A DNA stretch of 39,514 nucleotides from Chiloscyllium plagiosum (GCF_004010195.1 NC_057718.1:50683894-50723407), one strand, 5' to 3'; positions 11,829 through 24,814 are shown, numbered from the stretch's first letter. The notes: generated from the letters alone by a model not told the origin. Translations and numbers: made by a program.

Positions 11829-13552
11829 AATTGAACTGAATTGAATTTATTGTCACATGTACCGAAGTACAGTGAGAAGCTTTGTCTCGTGAGGAATACA
11901 GGCAGATCACATAATTAAATAGTATAGATAAGTACATAATAAGTAAACAGTGGCAAAAATCAAAACACAGGTACAGGCAAATGCTAAGAGTTTGTGAGTC
12001 GATTCAGTATTCTAACAACAGTCGGGTAGAAACTGTTTTGAAACTGGCTGGTGCATGCGTTCTGGCTTCTGTACCTTCTCCCCGATGGTAGAGGTTGTAG
12101 AAAAGCATTGCCAGGGTGGGATGGATCTTTGAGAATGCTGGCGGCTTGTCCTTGACAGCGGGCCTGGTAGATGGATTCTATAGATGGGAGATTGGCCTTT
12201 GTGATTTTCCAGGCCGAGTTCACCACTCTCTGTAACCATCTCCGATCTTGAGTGCTACAGTTGCTATACCAGGTAGTGATACATCCGGACAGAATGCTCT
12301 CAATAAAAGTTGGCAAGGGTATTCGTCGTCATGCCAAATTTTCTCAGCTGCTTGAGGAAGAAGAGACTTTGTTGGGACTTTGTGACAGTGCGTCCACATG
12401 AAGAGTCCAAGAAAGTTTGTTGTGGATGACCACTCCCAGGAGCTTGACACTCTTCACTTGTTCCACCTCTGAGCTGTTAATGTGTAGGGGGGCATGAGTA
12501 ACTTCCCACTGAAAGTCAATGCATTCCTTGGTTTTGCCGGCATTGAGAGCTAGGTTGTTCTCAGTGCACCATTTTCCCAGGTTTTCCACCTCCTGTCTGT
12601 AGTCTATTTTGTCGCCATCTGGGATTTGACTGACTTTGGTGATGTCATCAGCCAACTTGTAAATGGCATTAGTCTGGCATTTGGTGATGCAGTCATGGGT
12701 ATACAGTGAGTACAGTAGGGGGCTGAGTATGCATCCCTGGGGAGCTCCAGTGTTGAGTGTTAGTGACGATGAAATATTGTCCCCAATCTTCACTGGCCTG
12801 TGGGTCAGGAAACTGAGGATCCAGTTGCAGAGAGTGGGGTTTAGTCCAAGATTACTAAGTTTAGTAATCAGTCTCGAGGAGATAATAGTGTTGAAGGCTG
12901 AACTGTAATCAGTGAGTAGGATTCTTACGGAGCTGTTCTTGGTGTCAAGATGTTTTAGGGAGGAGTGAAGGGCAAGTGATATGGCATCTGACATTGATCT
13001 GTTGGTCCAATAGGTAAATTGGAGTGGGTCAAGAGTAGTGGGGAGGCTGGAGTTGATTAATGCCATGACCAGACTTTCAAAGAACTTCATGGCCACTGAA
13101 GTTAGGGCCATTGGGCGGTAGTCATTGAGACATGCTGCATGAGCCTTCTTAGGCACAGGGATGACGTTGACCCTCTTGAAATAGTCAGGGACAGTGGCCT
13201 GCTGCAGGGAGAGGGTGAAGATGTCCAAGAAGACCTCTGCCAGTTGATCTGCACATGCTCTGAGTGCACGGCCTGGTACTCCATCTGATCCCATCGTTTT
13301 CCTTGGATTCACACGAAGGAAAACTGATTTGACCTCTGAGGCAGTGACTGTTGGGGTAGGTTCGTCAGGACTTGTCGGAATAGGTGTTACCTCTGTGCCG
13401 AAATTCTGCTCAGAGCGAGCATAGAAGGCATTGAGACAATCTGGGAGGGATGTATCATTGTCTGCTATCTTGCACTGTCTCTTTTTAGAATGCTATCATT
13501 CAGTCCTTGCCATAGTCACCAGGTGTCCGTCTGGGTTTCTAGTTTGGATCTC
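11829..13552 (-). mobile_element. Rex1/Babar LINE, 5'-truncated (RT to 3' tail)
   Basis: ORF 12344..13312 GSDGVPGRALRACADQLAEVF...CLNDYRPMALTS...DYSSAFNTI...TGAPQGCILSPLLYSLYTHDC...ADD; ORF 11984..12316 IESILSGCITTWY...HPGNAFLQPLPSGRRYR; (AATTG)n tail at ~11829-11850; 5-bp CAGTG duplicated at 11824-11828 and 13553-13557. Confidence 0.9.
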
Positions 13553-13614
13553 CAGTGTGGACTTGTTGGGCCAGAGGGCCTGTTTCCACACTGCAGGGAA
13601 TCTAATCTAATCTA
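13553..13614 (+). mobile_element. HE1-type V-SINE 3' end, right piece, with (AATCT)n tail
   Basis: CAGTGTGGACTTGTTGGGCCAGAGGGCCTGTTTCCACACTG...AATCTAATCTAATCT continues directly from 11828. Confidence 0.8.
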
Positions 13615-14688
13615 AAAATTTAAAGAAGACAGAACTACAAAGCATCAATAAAGAAAAAACTAGGTTAATATTCCAGTTATAGCTCTTCAACGAGAAATTA
13701 AATATTTACTATTTATATGGCATGATCAAGAGGCAACCTTCAAATAATCAATATTTATTGATTTCTTCCTTGTTGTTTGGATTGAGATAACTTCACTGGC
13801 CAAAAGAACTGAGCAATATTCGGTAAGGACACCTTTTCAGGATGATGTATGTTTTGTAAATTTTAGGACCATGAGAGATAATCACATGTTTCCTGTGAGA
13901 GAAGCTGTTAAGTGCAGACAACCTTTTTATTTTCTCAGTCCTTTATTTTATCTCAATATCTATGCTATTTTGAGTAAAATATTAATTCAAAGAAGGATGA
14001 CTACCACACCTATTGGTGACTAATGCAGCTTTTCCAGTAATAAGGAAAACGGCTGTGTTAAAATATTTAATGATAAAGACTGATTCCACCATTTTCTTTT
14101 CCTCAAGATTAACAGAAAGCAATTCATAGTCTGAATGGCTTAACTAGACACTTCCATTATAAATGAGTGAAATACTAAAATGAATAAACTATTATAAATA
14201 GTACCATTTGAAGTATCTGATTTATTTTATCATGAAGCACAGGCAAACATAGCTGAAGATTTTTATTTTACAATAGAAGTTTTACTTGTGCTACTTAATG
14301 AATGGGAGTGTACCAAGACATTGTGCCAAGAGAAGCGTATGGCCTATCCAAGTAAACAATTATTACATTTATGCTCAGTAACAAACATAGGCTTTTCCAT
14401 TGATTCTTCGTGTTGATAATTTCTCGCGAGGTTGTTTTGCCTGAAGACTCAGTAGGTTGAAGGTCAGTTCAGCTCAACCTGAAAGGAGTATCTGAACTGA
14501 AGCTGTTTGGAGCATCTCTGGTCATAACAATGACTATGCCAAGAATGTTATGCCATGTTAATCTTGAAGGCAAAATAACAAATTTTAACTCACGGCTATA
14601 TAGCGGACTTTTCATGACCCTGTGCAGTAATGTTTTTTAAAATGCTGATATTAAAAGGGGAATGTATTCAAGCAGTATGTTAGCAAAC

Positions 14689-15013
14689 AAATTGAATTGA
14701 ATTGAATTGAATTTATTGTCATGTGTATCGAGGCACAGTGAAAAGCTTTGTCTTGCGAGCAATACAGGCAGATCACAGAGTTAAGTAGCGTAGGTAAGTA
14801 AATAATAGGTAAACAGTGGCAAAAACCAGGTACAGGCGCATGTTAAGAGTTTGTGAGTCCATTCAGTATTCTAACAGCAGTAGGGTCGAAATTGTTTCGA
14901 AACTGGCTGGTGCGTGTGTTCAGGCTTCTGTACTTTCTCCCTGATGGTAGAGGTTGTAGAAAAACATTGCCAGGATGGGATGGATGTGAAAGAAAGCTGG
15001 TGGCCTTTCCTTG
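14689..15013 (-). mobile_element. Rex1/Babar 3' end fragment (second copy)
   Basis: (AATTG)n tail and close similarity to 11829-12155; translation HPGNVFLQPLPSGRKYRSLNTRTSQFRNNF. Confidence 0.88.
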
Positions 15014-16089
15014 TGTAGGGTGATATTCTTGTTCCCTATGTGGTTGGGATTGAGACTGTAGGGAAGATGAGCAAACTGACCATAGCACTGCAGTACAAGG
15101 AGCCATTAAAAAGGAGGAGAACACAAAATGTAGTTGTAACTTGGATCAGTATAGTCAGGAATAGACACTGTTGTCCATGGCCAGTATCAAGATTCTCAAA
15201 GGCTGTGATGTCTATCTGGTGCCCAGTTTTAGGGTATCTCATCTGGGCTGCAGAGGAACTTGAAGTAGGAGGGGAAACATCTAGTTATTGAGAGTCACTG
15301 TGGTACCAGCGACATAGGTAGAGAGAGGAAAGAGGCTTTGCTGAGGGAATATGAGCAGCTGGAGACTAGATTAAAAAGCCAAACCAAAAAGGTAATAATC
15401 TCTGGATTACTACCTGATTCATGAACAAATTGACAGAGGGTCAACGATATTAAAAAAGATAAATATGTGGGTCAAAGATTGGTATGGAAGAAACGGGTTT
15501 GAATTCATGGGACATTGGCACCAGTACTGGGGAAGGAGAGAATTGTTCCGATGGGATGGATTCCACCTGAATCATGCTGGGACCAGAGTCCTAGGAAATG
15601 ACATAACTAGCACTGTGGAAAAGGCTTTAAAGTAAAGAGTTGGGGGTGATATCACGGAAAATTATGGCAAAAGTGGTGGGGGAGGAGGGCTCAGCAGATG
15701 TTAGATTATGCCCAGGACAAGTAATAGGATCGAGAGCACGACAAAGGTCAGAAATCTAACTTCAGAAACAGCAGATAAGGGACAACTATTAGCGGTGAGG
15801 GGTGACAGTCAATGCAGGTCTAAGGGGCTGTATTTAAATGCAGACAGTACACGAAGCAAGGTAAATGAGCTTGTAGTGCAGTTTGAATTGGGAGTTAAGA
15901 TGTTGTGAGTATCAGAGATGTGGCTGCAAGGGAATCATGACTGGGAACTAGACATCCAAGGATATACGTCTTAATGAAAGGACAGGCAGATAGGCAGACA
16001 AGGATTGCATTGTTATTCAGAAATTAAAGTAAACTGATAGAAAGAAGTGATAAGGAGTCAGAATGCCTAGAATCTGTGTGGGTAGAATT

Positions 16090-16409
16090 GGGGTGGCATG
16101 GTGGCTTAGTGGTTAGCACTGCTGCCTCACAGCGCCAAGGACCCGGGTTCAATTCCAGCCTCAGGCAACTGTCTGTGTGAAGTTTGCAAATTCTCCCTGT
16201 GTCTGGGTGCTCCGGTTTACTCCCACATTCCAAAGATGTGCAGGTTCAGTGTATTTGGCCATGTGGATGTTCATGGATGTGTAAATTAGGTGCACTAGTC
16301 AGGGGTAAATATAGGGGAATGGGTTGGGGTGAGTTACTCTTCGGAGGGTTGATATGGACTTGTTGGGCCGAAGGGCCTGTTCTCACACTGCAGGGATTCT
16401 ATGATTCTC
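16090..16409 (+). mobile_element. HE1-type V-SINE, near full length
   Basis: Head GGTGGCTTAGTGGTTAGCACTGCTGCCTCACAGCGCC (A box), GGTTCAATTCC (B box), V-domain GTTTGCAAATTCTCCCTGTGTCTG, CR1-like tail GGGCCGAAGGGCCTGT...ATTCTATGATTCT. Confidence 0.9.
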
Positions 16410-17781
16410 TGAATATTAAAGGACTCTGATGGGTGGTGTTTACAAGCCTCCTAGCAGCAACCAGGATGTGGGGAAGAAAATAAATCTGGAGATAGAAAAA
16501 GCATGCAAGGAAGCACTATTACAATAATCATAAAGACTTCAATATGGACTGGGAAATCAGGTTGGTGGCGGATCTCAAGTTGGGATGAATGGAATGTCTA
16601 CAAAATGGCCTTTTGGAGTAACCTAATCTAGAGCCCACTAGGGTTCAGGCAATTCTGGATTTGGTGATGTGTAATAAATCAGACTTGATTAGGGAACTTG
16701 AGGTGAAGGAACCCCTAGGGAACAGTGACCATAACATTTCATCCGCAGTTTGAAATGGAGAAGATGGAATCAGATGTAACAATATTACAACTGAGTGAAA
16801 GTAGATACAAAGACATGAGGGTGGAACTAGCCAGAGTCGATTGGAAGGGGGCCTAGCAGGAAAGATGGTGGAGTAGCAATGGCAGGAGTTTCTAAGGGTA
16901 ATTTGGGAGGCACAGCAGAAATTCATCCCCAAGAAGATGAAACATACTTTGAGGAAAATGAGGCAACCATGGCTGACAAGGGAAGTCAGGGACAGCATTG
17001 GAGCAAATGAAAAAGCTTACAATTTGGTGAAGATTAGTGAGAAGTCAAAAGATTTGAAAGGCTTTAAAAACCAGTACAGGATAGCTTAAAAAGCAATAAG
17101 ATGGGAGAAGTTGAAATATGGGATTAAGTAGGCGTAATATAAAAGAAGATTGCAAAAGTTTTTTTAGATATCTAAAAGGTAAGAGAGAGGCAAGAATAGA
17201 CATTGGAGCTGAAATGAGGCTGGGAATAAAGAAATAACGGAGGAACTGAATTTGCATCTGTTTTCACATTGCAAAACACCAGAAGCGTGCCTAAAACTTT
17301 AAGAGAGTCAGGGGCAGATGTGAATGTAATGACCATCACCAAGGAGAAAGTGCTGGTGACCTGAAAGGTCTGAAGATGGATACATCACCCTGATCAGCAT
17401 CCTGAAGGAGATAGCTGAAGGGATTGTAGAGGCACTGGTGTTGATCTTTCAGGATCACTGGGGTCAGGGAGGGTCGCAGAGGACTGGAAAATGGCTAATG
17501 TAACACTCCTGTTTCAGAAAGGAGGAAGGCAGAAGACTGGAAACTACAGACTGTTTAGGATGAGATTGCTGAATACTTGGAAGTGCATGGTAAAATAGGG
17601 CTGGGGTCAGCACAGCTTCATCAAGAGGAGATCATGCCTGACAAATTTGTTAGTATCCTTTGAGGAAGTTTGGCAAAGGAAAGCATGTGGACACTAGTTA
17701 GATTTCCAGAAGGCCTTTGACAAGTTACTGCACAGGAAGCTGCTAAATAAGATAAAAAGCCCACAGTTTTCAGACCAAGTT

Positions 17782-18121
17782 GGGGAGGCAATGTACTTGT
17801 GTTATTGTCATTGGACTATTAATCTAGAAACTCAGCTGGAGGTCTGGGTACAAGTATTCAAATCCCACCAAATGGTGGAATTTGAATTCAAAAAGGAATC
17901 TGGAATTAAGGTTTCATGAAATCATTGTCGATTGTCAGGAAAACTCCATCTGGTTCACTAATGTCCTTTAGGGAAAGAAATTGCCCTCCTTGCCTGATCT
18001 GCCTTACATGTGACTCTGGACAGACAGCAATGTAGTTGACTCTTAACTGCCCTCTGAGTAATTAGGGATGGGCAATAAATGCTGGCCCAGCCAGTGACAC
18101 CCACATCCTGTTAATGAATAA
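17782..18121 (+). mobile_element. tRNA-derived SINE whose tail resembles that of the CR1/L2-group LINE at 1000-4392
   Basis: Degenerate tRNA head (TTCAAATCCCACC), body CATCTGGTTCACTAATGTCCTTTAGGGAA...GACTCTTAACTGCCCTCTG, tail TAGGGATGGGCAATAAATGCTGGCCCAGCCAGTGACACCCACATCC. Confidence 0.8.
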
Positions 18122-18567
18122 TGATAAAGGGGCTGGCATGGATAGATGATTGGCTGATTGGCAGAAGGCAGATGGCAGTGATAAAAGGGTCATTTTCGGA
18201 ATGGCAACTGCTGACCAGTGGAGTTTCGCAGAGGTCCATGTTGGAACCACAATTATTCATGTTATACATTAATCATCTGCACAAAAGAGCTGAAGGCATT
18301 CCTGCTAAGTTTGATGATAGTACAAAAATCGGTAGAGGAACAAGTTGTTTTGAGGCAGCAGGGAGCTGCAGATGGCCTTGGATAGGCGAGAAGTGTGGGC
18401 CAAGAAGCAGACAGTACGCAAGTGGTAATGTGTGAGGTTCTTCACTTTTCTAGGAAGAATAAAGGCATAGACTGTTTTCTAAACAGGCCAATATTTTGGA
18501 AATCTGAAGCACAAAAGGACTTGAAAGCTGTTGTTTAGGATTCTCTTAAAGTTAGCAGGTATCTTCA

Positions 18568-18604
18568 TTTCCTGAAGAAGGGCTTATGCCCGAAACATCG
18601 ATTT
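18568..18604 (+). ncRNA. Minimal type-I hammerhead ribozyme motif (PLE family A), core intact
   Basis: CTGAAGA (18572-18578), stem II GGGC-TTAT-GCCC, GAAA-C-ATC; stem I is weak. Confidence 0.6.
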
Positions 18605-18657
18605 TCCTGCTCCTTTGATGCTGCCTGCCTGCTGCGCTTTTCCAGCAACACATTTTT
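18571..18657 (+). mobile_element. 87-bp solo Penelope family A pLTR insertion beginning at the hammerhead core
   Basis: Flanked by CAGGTATCTTCATTT (18556-18570) and CAGGTAACTTCATTT (18658-18672); body matches the arms at 6164-6257 and 25644-25732. Confidence 0.8.
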
Positions 18658-19261
18658 CAGGTAACTTCATTTGGCAGTTACAAAGGTAAATGCAACGTTC
18701 ACATTCATTTCAAGAGGGCTAGAGTACAAGAGCAGAGATGTACTGCTGAAGCTGTACAATGTCTGGTCAGGCAACATTTGCAGTATTGTGAACAGTTTTA
18801 GGCTTGGTATCTAAGGGAGAATACGCTGGGGTTGGTGGTGGTGGTTCAGAGGTGATTTACAAAAATGATCCAAGGGCTGTCATATGAGAAATACTTCAGG
18901 ACTTTGGATCATTACTTGATGGCGTTTAAAAGAATGCTGGGGGGGGGGGGGGGGATCTGATTAAAACTTGCAGAATATTGAGAGGCCCAGATAGACCAGA
19001 CATGGAGAAAATGTCGCCACTATTAGAACAGACTAGGCCCCAAGGGCACAGCCTCAGAGCGAAGGGACAAACGTTTGGAACTGACATGTGGAGGATTTCT
19101 TCAGCCAGAGGGCAGTTCATCTGTGGAAATCATTGCCACAGAATGTTGTGGTGACTAAGACATTTAATGTTTTTAAGACAGAGATTGAAATATTTTTGAT
19201 CTCTAAGGACTTGAAGGGTTACAGGGAAAAGGCAGGAAAATGCAGTTGAGAAACACATTGA

Positions 19262-20451
19262 GAAAACAATTCATCAACTTCATCAACACATTCCACCTTG
19301 ACCTTAAATTCACCTGGACCATCTCTGACACCTCCTTCCCCTTCCTGGACCTCTTCATCTCCATTAATGACAACCGACTTGACACTGACATTTTTTACAA
19401 ATCCACTGACTCCCACAGCTACCTGGATTACACCTTTTTCCATCCTACCTCCTGCAAAATTGCCATCCCGTATTCCCAATTCCTCCGCCTCTGCCATATC
19501 TACTCCCAGGAGGACCAGTTCCACCACAGACCACACCAGATGGCCTCCTTCTTTAGAGACCGCAATTTCCCTTCCCACGTGGTGGAAGATGCCCTCCAAC
19601 GCATCTCATCCACATCCTGTACCTCCGCCCTCAAACCCTACCCCTCCAACCGTAACAAGGACAGAAACCCCTGGTCCTCACTTTCCACCCTACCAACCTT
19701 CGTATAAACTGCATCATCCACCAACATTTCCGCCACCTCCAAACAGACCCCACCATCAGAGATACATTTCCCTCCCCACCCCTTTCCGCCTTCTGCAAAG
19801 ACCATTCCCTCCGTGACTACCTGGTCAGGTCCACTCCCTCCNNNNNNNNNNNNNNNNNNNNNNNNNNNNNNNNNNNNNNNNNNNNNNNNNNNNNNNNNNN
19901 NNNNNNNNNNNNNNNNNNNNNNNNNNNNNNNNNNNNNNNNNNNNNNNNNNNNNNNNNNNNNNNNNNNNNNNNNNNNNNNNNNNNNNNNNNNNNNNNNNNN
20001 NNNNNNNNNNNNNNNNNNNNNNNNNNNNNNNNNNNNNNNNNNNNNNNNNNNNNNNNNNNNNNNNNNNNNNNNNNNNNNNNNNNNNNNNNNNNNNNNNNNN
20101 NNNNNNNNNNNNNNNNNNNNNNNNNNNNNNNNNNNNNNNNNNNNNNNNNNNNNNNNNNNNNNNNNNNNNNNNNNNNNNNNNNNNNNNNNNNNNNNNNNNN
20201 NNNNNNNNNNNNNNNNNNNNNNNNNNNNNNNNNNNNNNNNNNNNNNNNNNNNNNNNNNNNNNNNNNNNNNNNNNCCCCACCCCCACTTATCTCTCCACCC
20301 TGGAGGCTCCCTGACTCCATTCCTGATGAAGGACTTTTGCCCAAAACATCGATTTTCCTGGTCCTCGGATGCTGCCTGACCTGCTGTGCTTTTCCAGCAC
20401 CACTCTAATCTAAACTCTGGTTTCCAGCATCTGCAGTCCTCACTTTTGCCC
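19262..20451 (+). mobile_element. Penelope-like element family A, 5'-truncated (RT thumb region, gap, 3' pLTR)
   Basis: FINFINTFHLDLKFTWTISDTSFPFLDL...IFYKSTDSHSYLDYTFFHP...AIPYSQFLRL (PLE RT); after the gap, pLTR CCTGATGAAGGACTTTTGCCCAAAAC...CAGCATCTGCAGTCCTCACTTT; continuity across the gap is assumed. Confidence 0.85.
19842..20274. other. Assembly gap (N run)
   Basis: Run of N. Confidence 1.
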
Positions 20452-23400
20452 TGTTTCCATGCTGTACATCTCTATGACTCTAGACAGAATACCACAAACT
20501 TCTACAGACTTGGAGCAATGTCAGTGTATCTGGTTCGGCCAGGAAAGGACCTCATCCAGTCTTGCCACAAATAAAGAAGAAAACTGACAATGTTGAAACA
20601 ATGGTTATTTGTACCAGTGACTGAACTGACCAGTTTTTGCTTGGATATGGTCTCAGTGCCAAGACACAAGGAATGGAGTATTATCGAGGCCTGAACAAGG
20701 TGGGTTGCAGAGAGAAATTTGGCAGGATCACATCAATACAGCAAGGCAAACCTTGATGATGGAACAACTCATTGCATCTTTTAACTAAGTTCCGAATGCG
20801 AAAGTGAGATTCTCACTGGTCAGTGGTAAGCTGCAAGTTAAAGGGGATTATTGCTTGTTAAACAATTCTATTAGCTGCTAATCTCATTTAATTAATTTAT
20901 AGCTTTCCCTTCTACTATCTGGCACAGGCAACACAGACACTGAGAATTCTTGATGTTTTTGAGATCAGAACAGAAGTACCAGGTGACTTCAGCTCACCAC
21001 TTGCTCCAAAGGAGCTCCATGTTGGACACCAGGCATGAACATTCTTGGCGTGCTCAATGGTTACCAGCCAAACCCTTCCCATGTTCACAGACATTGGTAC
21101 CCAGTATGTTACAGCCTCTAAGAACTCACATGGCACACCTCCAATCCACTTACATTGCACTTCTACGCTTCAGTGCTGTATCCTGGCTGTTACCATTGTA
21201 ATGCTGCAGTGAGGACACTTTATGCTCAGGGATATGCACTCAGCTCATGGATTGGACTAGGCTACATCTCTGTTCGTGCTCACTCATTTTGAACTGGGAT
21301 CCTCTCAGCACCACAACATTACCCTGTTTTGCCTTTTTGAGCTTTTGCCCTCAATCACAGATACCATGCTCAAAGTACTGCTGTTAGTGCCATGCTGCTA
21401 GTGCCATGGCATGGGCTGGTGTACTAAATGGCCCTACAGGCAATTTGGTTTCCCACCCCATTATCTTGCCTCTGCTGAAGCCAGAAATAAGTTAGTTGGA
21501 CTTAGGTTAGGCAAGGTTTGAGATTTGTAATATTTTAACATAAGTATCCAAACCCAACTATTTCGGGTGTTAAAATGCATCCATTAGAATCTTACAGGAC
21601 AGAAAACAACCAAATTGCACGATTGCCTGCATCAGAGTTTTGAAGAGTTATCTTAGATTTGCTTCTCAGCTTTTTCTCCATAAGTCTTCAAATTAGTCAG
21701 CTTCATATAAGTGTAGTTGAGTCATCTGGCATAGCTGCTTTTAAGGAAAAAAACTGGATAAGCCGATGACGGATAAAGGAAGAGAGTGATACCCTGACAA
21801 TTAAATGAAGTAATGTGGGAGAGGCTTGTGCCTACAGGGTCCAGCTGGGCTGAAACACATGCTCTTGTGATGTAGACTTGATGTAATTCTATGTACTTTG
21901 CTGGAAAATATTAACTGACAGAATTAATACCGGAGATGGTTCAAGTGTACCATAATAACTCAATGTCAACAGGCTCTACTTATTGCAATTTATATAATGT
22001 TCAATGTCTTGTCAGCAAGATTCATTTACACCAGGCTTTGTACATAGCTGACATGTCAACAAATTTGAATTGAAAGTTATCAGATATATTAAAATTTGGT
22101 TAGTTGAACTTGTTACTAGTAACTTGCAGATTTAGCAATAATCCTCGGAGTTCATACAACCTGAGCATTTGAATGCATATCAGTTCCATTAATCTCCAAC
22201 TGTCATTATATTTCTTCCCCTCTCCAATGTGTTTTCTTGTGAAACTGAGCTTGTTTCTGTCCTCGGAAACGTAACTCTTACACACAAATGATACTGTGAG
22301 TAGTTGACCTCAAGTAAACTCTCAGGACCCTGCCATTGCCACGTACAATCATTTGAAATGGCCTAAGCCTCCCTGCTTATGACAGGGTAGGTAGGTGTTC
22401 TAATGTCAGAATCTATCCATCTGATTTTAAAAAGACAGGATTTTTTAAACAGTACAAACTTATAGTAAAATAATATTTTATTACATGCATGCCTTTATAT
22501 GACTTAGAATTCACAGTAACAAGTCATTTGGTTTAATAAGTCTTTGCTTGAATGCATGTTCCTCAGAGCTTTGCTCCACCTTAGTCTAACTGATCAACAC
22601 AAGATTCTATTCCTACCTCATGTACTCATTTGGAATTACCTTAAATGCATCAGTGTATTCTTAAGAGAGTGCATAACTCAGTTTATGGTGGTATGGGAAT
22701 TATATTGGTATATATTCAATTACTTTGTCCTGTGCTCAAAAACAGATTCAAGCTGATTGTCTGCCGATCCTGAGTAACTTTATTGGCGTTTTCTCCACAC
22801 TTTTTCAATGATGGGTTGCCATTTCCTTCCACTCTTGTCAAGCAAGGGAAAGATGCAGGTAATAAGACTACTAATAGGGCAGTGGTGATGTCTACATTTC
22901 TAGGGTAGCAGGTCTGGGTTCAAGTTTTACTTCCCTTGACGAATGTCCAAACAGGGTGAAAAATCCACATAAGATGAAGCTTGGGTCTCTGAAAGTCAAT
23001 GTGGCAGCACACTTTTTTTTTCAAGTCACCTTGAGAAAATGCTGGGCAGCAAACTTTTCTGAGAAGATAGACTGAGAATCCTCCTGCCATTTCAAATGAA
23101 TATAAAAGACGAGTAAAAAAATGTTGTCCTCCAGCCGACATCAATAAAAAAGAACAGATTAACTCACAAATGATTGCACTGTTATTTCTGGAGCTTTGGT
23201 ATGCATGTACTGAAGCTGCATTTCTGGACCTGAACACTGGTGATTTTTCAAAATTACTTCATTTGCTGCAAAAAAACCTTGCAACGTAGCTTTGAAATTT
23301 TCTGAAATGTATGTTTTGAGCATCATGTTCACTTTCACCAAAATTACCAAAGTTCACTATTTGCAAACAAAAAAAGTGAAAGATCTTGAACTTGTGAAAA

Positions 23401-23599
23401 ATTATCATGCAAATTAAATCTTAACCCTCTTCTATTTGCATACTGGGATAATGACGTTTGCCTTTCTATATGCTCACTTACTTGTGCACTTCCCAATCAG
23501 TCTATTCCTTTATGTACACAGTAGAAGAATGAGTCAGACAACTTTTTTGCTCTACTACTACCTGTCCCCTCTCAAATGAACCCCCCTTGCCACACATTG

Positions 23600-24230
23600 C
23601 CATTGGCACTCTTCCATCTGCCTAAGATAATGGACATGTTGCAAACCAAATCCATTGGAGGTGAGGTAACTTCATGTAGTGCACTTTTGTTGATGCCGAA
23701 GACACCAATATGTAAGAGGCAGGTCTACCCAAGTGTTCCACGTAAAGTGATTATCACACTGTGGATAGCTGTTTGCAAATTGGTACATGTTGCCAAACCA
23801 CTACAATCAGCAAACACCATGGTCACACTCACCAGTTTGCAGGTCAAGTCATAATTTTAGATTTGTCAGATTGTAGAAGGTTTTGAAGTCATACTGCTGA
23901 GGATCCTTCAAGTGGATCTTTGGATGTCCATCTGGTCTTTTAGTTTGAGCTATGTCATCCGACTGAAAATCCGTACACATGCACTTTCCATCTTACGAAT
24001 GTGCCCAAACCAGCAAAATCAACTCTTCTTGATAAGTGTCAACATACTTGGAAGCTTTGCCTTTAAAAGGATTTGAGCACCTATGATGTTCAGAATGCAC
24101 TGCAAGTATATATGAATGTTTTAGAGCTTCCTTTCTTTTATAGCTGTATGTCGTTCATATAAAAAGCTGAGAGCACGAGGTCTCACAAACCAGCATTTTT
24201 GCTTATTGTCGAAATTGATGTTGTTTCATA
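23600..24230 (-). mobile_element. Ancient RTE-clade LINE 3' remnant
   Basis: Minus strand reads KLPSMLTLIKK then WFGHIRKME (~24060-23985), resembling the RTE motif RLRWLGHVxRM; boundaries approximate. Confidence 0.5.
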
Positions 24231-24235
24231 TATAT

Positions 24236-24810
24236 TTCATAGAACAATATCACATAGGAATTAGCCCTTCAACCCATCATGCTTGTGCTGACCACAATGC
24301 CATTCTAGACTAATCATATCTATTTGCACATGGTCCTTTAATCCCTGCCTGTTTATGTGGCTGTTTAAATGCCTCTTAAACTTTGTGAACATATCTGCTT
24401 CTACACCTGCTCTAGCAACATGTTCTGGCATCAACAATCCTCTGTGTAAAAAACTGTCTCATATATCTCCTTTAAACATTTCCCTTTTCACCTTAAGCCT
24501 GTGCTCCATATTATTTGACATTCTACTGTGGGAAAGAGTCGTCGGCTATCCATCCCATCCACACTTCCCATAATTTTATATACTTCTCTCAGTTTGCCCC
24601 TCAGGCTCTGATGCTCTAGCAAAAACAATTTAAGTTTGTCCAACCTGTCCTTATACCTCATACAATCCAATTCACACAACATTCTGGTAAAACTCTTCAA
24701 AGTCTCCATGTCCTCCTTATAGTGTGGTGACATTACTGCAAATGTGGCCTAATCAAAGCCTTCTCCAGCTACAACATGACTTGCCAACTTTTATACTCAA
24801 TGCCCTGAGT
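24236..24810 (-). mobile_element. Decayed CR1 LINE 3' fragment
   Basis: ORF 24488..24733 SFTRMLCELDCMRYKDRLDKLKLFLLE..LRGKLREVYKIM; tail-like CATAGAAC at ~24238. Confidence 0.85.
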
Positions 24811-24814
24811 GTTG

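Larger units (their letters stand above)
15200..19260 (+). mobile_element. Decayed CR1 LINE (ORF1 esterase remnant, then ORF2 APE/RT), interrupted by two SINEs and a solo PLE insertion
   Basis: KKVIISGLLP and DGFHLNHAGTRVL (~15385-15595, ORF1 SGNH); KGLYLNADSTRSKVNEL (ORF2 start ~15822); EDWKMANVTLLFQKGGRQKTGNYR (~17480); TSGVSQRSMLEPQLFMLYINHL (ORF 18121..18435). Confidence 0.85.

Noticed and set aside
16090..16165. tRNA-like sequence (also ~37050-37125 and ~1715-1790)
   Set aside because: These are SINE heads followed by SINE bodies or tails, not tRNA genes
19813..20379. Long ORFs in the track across this interval (also 34532-35306)
   Set aside because: Artefacts of N runs
20600..21900. 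Possible decayed DNA-transposon or CR1-tail remnants
   Set aside because: Too degenerate to assign a family or boundaries by eye
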